This document shows, piece after piece, positions 54,273 to 63,771 of a stretch of DNA of 64,000 nt. The notes below the pieces were generated by a model. It made no database searches. It saw only the letters and a list, made by a program, of their open reading frames with translations, and was not told where the DNA came from. Positions within the stretch are counted from its first letter, which is position 1. Every line of letters starts with the position of its first letter. Source of the stretch: Tubiluchus corallicola (taxonomy: Eukaryota > Animalia > Priapulida); contig JAQGDQ010000207.1 of NCBI GenBank assembly GCA_030141605.1, positions 101,347-165,346 on the forward strand. The letters run 5' to 3'. The translations under genes were made by a program, and so were the position numbers.

Positions 54273-54311
54273 CAGACACAAACTTAAGACAAATCCACTC
54301 AGGTAGTGCAT
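54273..54311 (-). CDS. Secreted acidic Gly/Tyr-rich repeat protein, exon 1 (signal peptide)
   Basis: ATG 54311, MHYLSGFVLSLCL, donor CTG|GTAAGT phase 0; joins exon 2 to give signal-like MHYLSGFVLSLCLGISVA-Q. Confidence 0.72.
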
Positions 54312-55010
54312 GATGACGGTATCTGAGTTCTTGCAAAACGGCAACGATGTCTTTTTTTTCTACCAAGCACCCGACTGTGCTTCAAACTTACGTCTTGGTA
54401 ACAACACCAATGAGACGAAATGAGGTCACAATGTCACCAAAGTGCGGGGCAGTAGCCTGAGCAAGACCTCGTGCTCCATAGCTTTGCGACGTCACCATAA
54501 TAAGACAATTAACTTTCTTCTAGAAGCGAGGAAGTTTTGCTTCTAGCCACTCTCAGGATTGTGTAATATGTAAAGTAGCATCCATTTGTGGGCCAATGAC
54601 TGCTTGGGTGTTTAGAAATTACCTACTTGCTAACAGACTAACTTGGTAATTAGTCTAACAATTTGTTCAGCTAGGCGTATAAATTGGCAGATTTCGTTCA
54701 CGCCGAGACAACATAATTAACAACGTTTTTACGAGATTTATTAAAGTTTGCTACGTGTCGTAAGTTCAAGCGGCTTGTAACTGATTTTTAAGGCTAATCT
54801 GTCGTTTGTTGAGGTTTTTTTAAAACAATTTATTTACCGATACATTGAATAGTAAACTTGGCAGTTTACAATTTAAATACCAAGATTTGATGGATAGTGC
54901 TCTTCTGCGACCTGTCATAGTCATAATCATAAAGAAGTCAAAGTGCCTATCAAGGCTCAATTTTTTTATTTTTCACAGGAACTTTCGTTCTTTCAGCTTT
55001 CAAGATCCAG

Positions 55011-55255
55011 GCCACACAATTTAATTTCAGTTGTTGAAGTCCGTGAAGTACGAAAGCTCATGTGAAAAATGAGAAATTTCAGACTTAATGGGTACTTTGA
55101 CTACTTTATGACCAAGATTTCATCGTTAAACATTGCCACACAATTTAATTTCAGCTGTTGAAATCCGTGAAGTACGAAAGCTCATGTGAAAAATAAAAAA
55201 TTCACACTAACGGGTACTTTGACTACTTTATAATCAAGGGGTAATCGTTAAACAT
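55011..55255. repeat. Tandem duplication of about 125 bp
   Basis: GCCACACAATTTAATTTCAG...CGTTAAACATT present twice. Confidence 0.9.
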
Positions 55256-56799
55256 TTTATTTAGAATATAAAAGTCGTTAAATGAAATTTGTAGTGTAGG
55301 TTAGACTGCCGAATAAAAACCAACATGATGTTCTGCAATGAAAAAGCCCAACCATTCGATAAATGAAGCCGGAAAATCAAAAGCGTCTTGTTATGCAACC
55401 TGTTGGTTTCAGTCAGCCAAGATAATTTGCAAATACAATGTGGTGAATACGTTATGTAACTCCTGGTGATGTTTTGCTCTGGGGAAAGAAAATCAGAATC
55501 AGTAACAACGTTAAGTATTTAGGTGACATTTTGTCAGATAATGCAAAAGATGGCGATGATATTCTTAATCAACTTCGTTTATTTTACACGAGAGGAAATG
55601 CCCTTGTAGGTCATTTTTCTCATTGTACGAAGGATGTAAAACGTACGATATCTAAGCCACATTAGTTTGGACGAATTTTTCCTTGTACATCTTTAATAAG
55701 CTAAAGTCTGCTACACAACAATAGTAATTCTTCAAAATATAGATATTTCTTCAAAATATTCTTGAAAAATTCTTCAAAATATAGATATGCTACTCGAGTT
55801 TCTACAACCTGTGTAGAAAATGATAATAATCATTTCAAAGTTATTTTGCGTGCATGTACATGAAATCTTAGATGCCATGTTTTAAACTCTCCTAATGGTT
55901 TATTAAAACATGTAATTTACAATGGTGATGTTTTTATATGCTCTAAAGTTTCTGCCCATTGTAATGTAAATTTAATGTATTTTAACGTATGTGATTTTTT
56001 TACACATTTTCACTAAATTCTGTTCTTATATTTCCTGTAAATTGTAAGTTTTCGTTTTCAATTAGTTTTTGGTGGTTATCGTATTTTTGTGGCTTAAAAC
56101 TCTGTTTATGAGCTGAAATAAAGAAGAAAAGAAAATAATAATAAGAAATACAGACAACAAAATCCCAATTTCAATGCCAATTTTCGAGAGCCGTACATCT
56201 TAAAAACAAACAATATTATTTATTTGGACACTAACAGCAAAAACAACAGCAAATGTATAACAAACAGGCAAAAAAGTAAGCGAAGATATGTCTCTTAACA
56301 TTTTTGGTCTACAATTCATGTGAAATAATCGTAATGATATAATACACATCTACTTCTTTAATTGCTAAAACATAGAGTTTACATACAATCGTATTTAAAT
56401 TTTTAACATCTAACAAAAATAAATATTTATTATGCACATATTTTTGCCATTTTTAAATAACAATTATACACAGCTAGGTCAATTCAAGCACAATTAAATT
56501 TCATAATCATTGTACAGTACAATGTGTAGGGGGCGGTGGCAAACGTACACACTATATTAAAATTATGTTATTGTAGTATTCAAAAACGTTATGTGAAATT
56601 GCTGCTAAAAGTATGTCCTTTATAATGAATCCAGGTAATAAGATGACAGGTAAAAACAGAAAAAATTCACAAGAAAAAGTCACAGGAAAAAATGAATGAC
56701 ATTAACCCTAAGAACCATAACCCTAAGATTGTATAAAACCTTATGTTTTTCACGTGCATGAAATTCCATGATATATAAATGTAAATGCTATCCATACTG

Positions 56800-57200
56800 A
56801 TAATGCTCGTCCAAATGACTCTAATAAATTAAGAATGTATAGACTGTTCAAAATCTCAGTATAAACTCGAAAATCATCTTTTGATTACTGATGTTCCTAG
56901 AGCACATTTAAAAGGAAACCTACACAAAATTCTATGTTAGCGTGCATAAATTACAAATTGAAGCTGGTCGATATATCAGGCCTAATACACCTGTTGACAT
57001 GAGAAAATTTATTTTATGTAAGATTGTTATGGGAGCACGGAAGATGAATTTCACTTTATTATGCAATGCAATGTTTATTGTCACGAAAGGACTGCGTTTC
57101 TAAATCAAATATCAGACATCTTTTCAGAATTCTCATCCATGTGTGATACTGATAAATTTATATTTTTAAGCAGCTTTAATTACAGATTTATAATTAATGA
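56800..57200 (+). mobile_element. Decayed LINE C-terminal fragment
   Basis: NKLRMYRLFK ... HKLQIEAGRY ... EDEFHFIMQC, a LINE zinc-knuckle-region motif. Confidence 0.65.
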
Positions 57201-58631
57201 AGCCCTGATCGTATATGAAAACGTAGAAAAAACGTTCTGTTTAAATAAAATAATTATGGTGGACATTTTAAATATAGTTTTGTGTTTAAAGTTGGAACTA
57301 ATTATAATTTTATTATCATATGTAAAAAAGTTACGTCGAAATCCAGTTAAGTTTGAACAAAAATAATACGTTTTGTTCCTCTTCTATAAAGCAGTTTTCG
57401 GTAGGTACTTTATCGTGTCAGTCTAGCAAGACTAATGACTATAAAGCTAGATTAATGACTACATACACAGTAGTCACTAGTCAATACATGAGGTACCAGT
57501 GTTCCTTGAACAGAAAGGCGACAACAGTTTTGAATTCCAACAAAGAAATTACAGTTCAGCACATACGAGACAGCCACAGCAATAACAGCAAGTGACAATT
57601 ACTGCCAGAACACCAATTCAGTAGCGCTTTGTGGGAGGAGATTTACTACTTGCAGCATTTAGACGCACTTCTATCGGTTGTGTTTTTCTACAGTAAAAAG
57701 TGGATGGTTTTCAAAAGTGCAGGCGTTCCATAGCAGACAACTTTCAATTATTAGGTCTGTCATATTATGTCCAGATGAATGAAGAAATAGAGGGATGGGG
57801 AAACCAGGCCAGGAATGTATAACAGTAACACATTTTTTGTAATAAGTGGCAAATCATTACTAAACGTTCGTCATTTTCATGTTTCTCCGGCATGTTGATA
57901 CTTGTTGGATACGATAATAGTTGCTGCCGAGTAAGAGTTTGTGAAGCTTAGCCCTGATTGGTGATCTGTGTATTGAAATCGTCCGTTTGTGACGTAGCGA
58001 CAGTAAATGCAACACGTCTTCACTTGGTCTCAGTCTGCTTTGTGGACTAGTGCTTGTCGACGAGATTTCCATTCTGCAGTCAATCTACAAGAATAAAACA
58101 GTGTAATGCTTGTGAGTTAGTAATCGCCTAGTATGTGGTTTAGTGACCGGAGTTAAGCAATGCCGATCTGGTTAGTAATAGTATCGGTGACAACTTGGTT
58201 GAATACTATTTTTGGAAAGTTTTGGATTCCAACATGAAAATTCATTTGAAAGAGCTCAGCACATAACGACGCAATCACAACAATAACAGCCAGTAACAGT
58301 TACTGTCACAACACTATTTCAGTAGGGTTTGTGGGCGGAGATTTAATATTTGCAGCATTTAGACGCTATTCTGTCAATTAGAACGGTCCTATCAGTTTTA
58401 TTTTTTATACTGCAGTATATAAAATGTATATAATATAGCTATACTGGTTTTTATTTTTTGTCACACTGAGAGAGACTGTAGTTGAGAGGCTGTATCTGAC
58501 CATGGTTGAGGCTCATTTTGTCAGAGCCTCATCTTAGAAGATTATTCTTGGCAACGACATCAATATCATTTTCGCCATAACCGTTTTCAATGACTGGGCC
58601 CTGTTTAGGATAATGACGCCATAGTGCCCTG

Positions 58632-59282
58632 ATTTGTGACGGATTAACTTCCATGTCAAAGTGCCTGAGGGTCTCAAAATCGTTTAATTTCTGCACGAAA
58701 AATTCTCCTTACGGGTCTCCTCAGCTACAGTGCTGAAGCACAATTAAATGGAGTTTTGAACATGGGGATGAGGGAACCTGACAGGGGCTAAAGCATGGGG
58801 TTGAGGGAACCTGACAGGGGCTAAAGCATGGGGTTGAGGGAACCTGGCAGGGGCTAAAGCATGGGGTTGAGGGAACCTGGCAGGGGCTAAAGCATGGGGT
58901 TGAGGGAACCTGGCAAGGGCTAAAACATGGGGTTGAGGGAACCTGACAGGGGCTAAAGCATGGGGTTGAGGGAACCTGACAGGGGCTAAAGCATTGGGTT
59001 GAGGCAACCTGGCAGGGGCTAAAGCATGGGGTTGAGGGAACCTGACAAGGGCTAAAACATGGGGTTGAGGGACCTGGCAGGGGCAAAAGTTCCTATCAAG
59101 TGAAGTGCATGAACTTAAAACAGGTTTATGAACAGGTTCCCTCAACCCCATGTTCAAAACTCTAGTTTAGTTGTGCTTTAGCACTGTAGCTGACGAGACC
59201 CGTAAGGAGAAATTTTCTTACTAAAATTAAACGATTTTGAGACCCTCAGGCACTTTGACATGAAAGTTAATCTATCACAAAT
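58632..59282. mobile_element. Foldback-like element: about 150-bp inverted arms enclosing a 33-bp minisatellite (about 10 copies)
   Basis: ATTTGTGACGGATTAACTTCCATGTCAAAGTGCCTGAGGGTCTCAAAATCG... mirrored at 59133..59282; unit CATGGGGTTGAGGGAACCTG(A/G)CAGGGGCTAAAG. Confidence 0.9.
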
Positions 59283-59301
59283 GAACAACGTACCTTGCTT
59301 T

Positions 59302-59724
59302 TTAATCCACATCATCAGCTTCCTCTATTGCATACCCGCCGTCCGTTCCTCTACGGAGTTTGTACATCCTCATCTCGTTGCCGTCGTAACGAGACTTATA
59401 GTTAACGGAAACGGCCGTAGAACGTGTCTGACTCATGGACATTTGCCTATTGTACTTGTACTGTTGGACGTACCGTTTCCCTCTAAAACATGCGCACAGA
59501 GCGTACTTGAAACTCTCCCGAAAGTTTTTAGACATGAATCCGTAAACTATCGGATTCACGCAACTGTTAAAGTACGCCAAGAGGTAGAAACACTGTCTCA
59601 TGGGCTTCAGGTACCCTTCGTTAAGTTGGGGCAGTACGTCCCAAGCTATTAGGACGTGATTGATGAGTATAGGGCCCCAGCAGATGGCGAATAATAATAT
59701 CACAGCAACGAGCATTTTGATCAC
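59302..59724 (-). CDS. Class A neuropeptide-type GPCR (QRFP/CCK-like orphan group), TM6-TM7-C-tail exon
   Basis: ttacag|VIKMLVAVILLFAICWGP...YFNSCVNPIVYGFMSKNFRESF; CWxP, NPxxY and helix-8 motifs. Confidence 0.92.
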   Translation of the reverse strand: MIKMLVAVILLFAICWGPILINHVLIAWDVLPQLNEGYLKPMRQCFYLLAYFNSCVNPIVYGFMSKNFRESFKYALCACFRGKRYVQQYKYNRQMSMSQTRSTAVSVNYKSRYDGNEMRMYKLRRGTDGGYAIEEADDVD

Positions 59725-59860
59725 CTGTAATAGAAAAACAAACCGATGCAGGAAAGGCAATCATATTTTTTGTACAGTACAGTTCTGGATGGTGCATTAT
59801 TTACCTGCACCCCCTAATAAATCAATGAAACTAAACTAGTTGTTATGTTTAGTGTCGTAG

Positions 59861-61252
59861 TTACTTCCAAGCTTGCCCTACAGGGGCCAATGTAAATAAT
59901 TCCATATGCTTAATATGACCCGTGGGCTGTACTGAGTTTAACACAGTTGAATTGTCAATCGGTTGTGACAATTCTTTAGCGTCTGGTATGATCACTGAAG
60001 AGTCCAGAGAAGAACTCTGCCAACCGCCACATGGTCTAGCGGTTGATGGCAATGTTTCCAAAGAATATGGCATTTTGGACGATCCTAAGGATTCCAACGA
60101 CAATCTAAAATGATCTGAGTTGTATGGTGTCTGTGTAAGTGTACTTGTGTTTGACTTTGCAACACATTTTGAGGTGTTCAAGTGAGCTGGTATCACAGGA
60201 CGTTGTGATGGCTTTAACACCGAGGACTGGGACGTTGTTACGGAGTTCTCAGCTGCGCTTGTGGTACCAAAGAGCTGACCCGAACCATTGCAGGCTAGCA
60301 TTTGTTTAAAAGCCAGACGAAAGTCTTTGTTCTTCCAAGCGTAAATGAGTGGATTGAGAAAGGAGTTGGAAAACGCCATGATGTAGCTTAGTCGACGTAT
60401 CTGCACGTAGAATGGTTGATACGTTGTGGTCAGACACAGTATGCTGAACAACGTCACAGGCAGCCAACACACCACAAAAGATCCTACAACGATTGACAGA
60501 ATCTTTGCAGCTTTTGCATTTTTTCGGTTCGTGCGACTTTGATTAGCATCGACGCCCATCTGTTTCAAGTGGCTGTTAGCTATTGACACGAGTTTCACGT
60601 ACATGACGACCATGATGAAAGCAATGATCAAGAAGTGACTACAGATCATCATTGACACTCCGCGGTTAACGACAAACTCGTAGATGCAAAATCCGGTGTC
60701 GTTTGGCGGATAACTGAAGAACTGCCAACTGCTGGTCATGATCGAGTACGTCCAGGTGCAGAGAATGGTGATGGCAGTGACACTGCGATTGACAATGATG
60801 GGGTAGTGAAGAGGATACTTAATGGCGATGAATCGATCAACGGTAACGGCTAGTAGCGTTGTCAGCGATTCCATCATGAAAATGTTGATAAAGAAGAACA
60901 TCGACAGACAGCCCAGTTCTGAGATATCAACAGACTTTCCTCCGATGAACAAGACGGATTGCACGATTTGTATGTAAACACCCGTGAGTAAGTCGGTTGT
61001 TGCCAAATTCGCCACGTAACAGTTGGCATAAGTCCTCAGCCTTTGATACTTGAACACTGATATGATGACGAGAATGTTTAGCACTTCGATGAACAATCCC
61101 AGCGAGTAGTAAACGGAGAGATTGAGAATAATAGTTTGCAGAGAGGCGTCTTCAACAAGTGAGTCAATTTCGCTGATGTTGGTATCTTTGCTGTCTCTTA
61201 TATTCGACAGATTGCCGGCTACAGTAGAAACTACATTGTTTGTAGAAATCAT
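59861..61252 (-). CDS. Intronless class A orphan GPCR (adenosine/amine-receptor-like, lacking Asp3.32), 463 aa, nested in the host GPCR intron
   Basis: 7 hydrophobic segments; NLATTD, C3.25, DRF, CWLP, NSFLNPLIY, KDFRLAF; N-terminal N-glycosylation sequons; in-frame TGA 36 nt upstream of ATG. Confidence 0.93.
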   Translation of the reverse strand: MISTNNVVSTVAGNLSNIRDSKDTNISEIDSLVEDASLQTIILNLSVYYSLGLFIEVLNILVIISVFKYQRLRTYANCYVANLATTDLLTGVYIQIVQSVLFIGGKSVDISELGCLSMFFFINIFMMESLTTLLAVTVDRFIAIKYPLHYPIIVNRSVTAITILCTWTYSIMTSSWQFFSYPPNDTGFCIYEFVVNRGVSMMICSHFLIIAFIMVVMYVKLVSIANSHLKQMGVDANQSRTNRKNAKAAKILSIVVGSFVVCWLPVTLFSILCLTTTYQPFYVQIRRLSYIMAFSNSFLNPLIYAWKNKDFRLAFKQMLACNGSGQLFGTTSAAENSVTTSQSSVLKPSQRPVIPAHLNTSKCVAKSNTSTLTQTPYNSDHFRLSLESLGSSKMPYSLETLPSTARPCGGWQSSSLDSSVIIPDAKELSQPIDNSTVLNSVQPTGHIKHMELFTLAPVGQAWK

Positions 61253-61401
61253 TATGGTTTCAAATCTTTCTTCCCAGTAACAGCCTCAGAAGTAGGTAAA
61301 TCCGAGAAAAAACTTCATCAGATTAAGAATTTGTTACATATCTTCACTATTTTCTTATTTTTCCGTATCAGGTGTGATCATTAATACGCATGCTCTTGGT
61401 G

Positions 61402-61425
61402 TGACGTAATGAAATCTATAAATAG
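61402..61425. promoter_or_regulatory. CRE/ATF-like site plus perfect MEF2 consensus upstream of the nested GPCR
   Basis: TGACGTAA at 61402..61409 and CTATAAATAG at 61416..61425, 150-175 bp upstream of the ATG. Confidence 0.35.
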
Positions 61426-61935
61426 ATGACATGGGAATTCATCTCTTGCTTCTTTTTCTTCGAGGAAATGTTTTCATAAAACATTTATCGAATATATCAA
61501 CTAATGGTGTAATTGTTAAAGCATCACGTACGCAACTCATAAGTGACTAGTGTTTAGTGTTAAAAAGAACAGAAAAAGTTTGTTCAATAAAGAACAATTC
61601 AGAATAATTACATCGCGAAAAATCTACAGAAATGGTGCAAAATCTTTGCAAAGGTACTTGCCTTTGAATTACACTCGCAATTCTTTATTTGGGGACGAAA
61701 GTTTTTGACCGATTTGATTTAAATCTCAGTGTTTTTACGCGTGTTAACTATTGATAAAATAATACACTGGGCGACGTTAAAACGGAAAAGATTTTACACA
61801 AAAAGAACCGTAATGCACCGAACGAAAATGCAAACTGGAACAATGGCTGAACGGGGTCGGATTAAGGCGGGGGGGGGGGGGGCAGGTCTCCCACATAGTT
61901 AAACCAGCTCTGTGGCTGAACGCTTAACATTAGAA

Positions 61936-62362
61936 CAGTGGTTCCCAAACTTTCTCGGACCGTTACCCAAATCGGGAAACCCGGTCGTGTCCATTACCCC
62001 CCACCTAGTACTACTTCTCCAACTCAAAAAGTAAACACACGTATATGCCACAAGCAAGCAAAATTATTTGTGTTTGTTCGTGACATAAATAAATTTCCAG
62101 GTGTTGTTGTTGTATTGTTGCCAAAACAAGAATTACAATTACTGAACCTGCTCATTACTGAGTGATCGTGGGAACGTGCGAATCATGGACCCCGTGACAC
62201 AGTGTTGCCTGCCGGAGGCAGTCTCTTCAAGAAGAAAACTACGTAAAATGCATTCCGAGCGAAGTTTTAAAAATTTTCAGAGGGGTGCCCATTACCCCCC
62301 CCCCCCCCAAAAAAACCATACAACCCTCGGGGGGTAATTTACCCCTACTTTGGGAACCACTG
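61936..62362. mobile_element. hAT MITE (longer copy of the 11957..12170 family, opposite orientation)
   Basis: TIR CAGTGGTTCCCAAA; perfect 8-bp TSD CATTAGAA. Confidence 0.92.
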
Positions 62363-62814
62363 CATTAGAATATCTACTTTTCTTATTGTGTTTTTTTTTG
62401 TAACTCATTAAGTGCCACGATGTACTCAGGTCAGACATTGAGTAGTTGTACCCGTGTAACAATGGCATTTTCTGAGCTACAACAGTCGAGGTGTACAAGT
62501 CATTTGTATTCATAATGTATTGCAAGAAGTAATTCCTCTAGTCTTCCTTAGAAGTATGGTAAACATTAAAATAGTCTATCATCATCTCTAGTTGTAACAC
62601 TTTAAAACCACTTTGTTCTTGTTAAGATCGTATACAAGGCGATAACGACTGCTGGTGGACAAGTCTTCGATATCTGGTATTGTTACAATCTGGTGTTTAA
62701 GCTCATTACTAAGACTAAGACTTGGTAATGAGGTCGTCTCTTGGAAGTTTGTACACAATAACACCTCTTAAGAACAAATAAAGTAACTTTTATCAAGTGC
62801 ATTTGGAGCGATTT

Positions 62815-63225
62815 ATGGAATCCAGGTAAAAAGTCACAGGTAAAAAAGTCACAGGTAAAAAGTCACAGGTAAAAAGTCACAGGTAAAAAAAGTCACAGGT
62901 AAAAAGTCACAGGTAAAAAAGTCATAGGAAAAAAAGTCATAGGAAAAAAGCCACAGAAAGGTAACTTTAACAAAAATCCTAGCCAAAATTGTGCCTTTTT
63001 CCCTGTGACTTTTCTCCCAGCCAAAGTTGTGACTTTTCCCGTGGCTTTTTTCCCGTGACTTTTCTCCCAGCCAAAGTTGTGACTTTTCCTGTGGGTTTTT
63101 TCCTGTGACTTTTCTCCCAGCCAAAGTTGTGACTTTCCCGGTGGCTTTTTTCCTGTGACTTTTCTCCCAGCCAAAGTTGTGACTTTCCCGGTGGCTTTTA
63201 TCCTGTGACTTTATTACAGGTCACC
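62815..63225. repeat. Modular inverted/tandem repeat element (AAAAAGTCACAGG units, then the inverse)
   Basis: GGTAAAAAGTCACA tandem units on the left, about 50-bp TGTGACTTTT...CCCAGCCAAAGT units on the right; decayed relative at about 56626..56690. Confidence 0.85.
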
Positions 63226-63659
63226 GATTTATCGATTATTTCACTAGTTACTACAGTTGTAATGAAACTGCAGTAAAAGAACTTCAACCTGCCGTACTTT
63301 CAGCTTACGAATGGCTTGAGAAAACTCGTCTGTTGTTACGGTAGCTCAAAAGACACCATTGTAATATGAATAAAGCTATTTAAAGCAAAACCGGACCCAA
63401 TCTTAAACTTTAGGTCAAATATATATCTACGTATAAAAAATAAATAAATTGATATAAATATATATAATATATAAAAATACACTACATATTAATGCCCAAT
63501 ACGTATATATGTATATAGACATGTGTATAGATACTATATATACGTATTGGGCATTAATATGCAACGTATTTTTATATGTTTTGTGCACCCCTACCCTGCA
63601 AATGGAGGGTTTTGTGTCCTTTTATTTTGAAACTAAATGAGGTTTAATAAATAAAATAC

Positions 63660-63771
63660 CTGCTTCCGAGTTTGATTGTCATCCTTGGCAGGCTTCTTTT
63701 GCAAAGGAGATTTGTCAACCATTAAAGTGCCATTTGTGGTTGTGTTCGTAACGACAGGAGGCGTCTGACTA
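63660..63771 (-). CDS. Same neuropeptide-type GPCR, preceding exon (intracellular loop 3); TM1-5 exons lie beyond the window end
   Basis: ttctttcag|T SQTPPVVTNTTTNGTLMVDKSPLQKKPAKDDNQTRKQ|GTATTT; phase 0 join gives DDNQTRKQ-VIKML, a typical ICL3-TM6 junction. Confidence 0.85.

Noticed and set aside
58721-59157. Cys/Pro-rich ORFs (PCFSPCQVPST repeats) resembling keratin-associated or metallothionein proteins
   Set aside because: Artefact of the 33-bp minisatellite inside a foldback element.
60480-60600. Chimeric receptor made by splicing nested-GPCR TM1-5 to the host TM6-7 exon
   Set aside because: No convincing phase-0 donor in the nested ICL3, and the host already has its own upstream exon at 63660..63771.
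61253-61300. In-frame fusion of host TM1-5 to the whole nested GPCR
   Set aside because: In-frame TGA at 61286..61288; the nearby weak AG gives a TAA before the ATG in phase 0.
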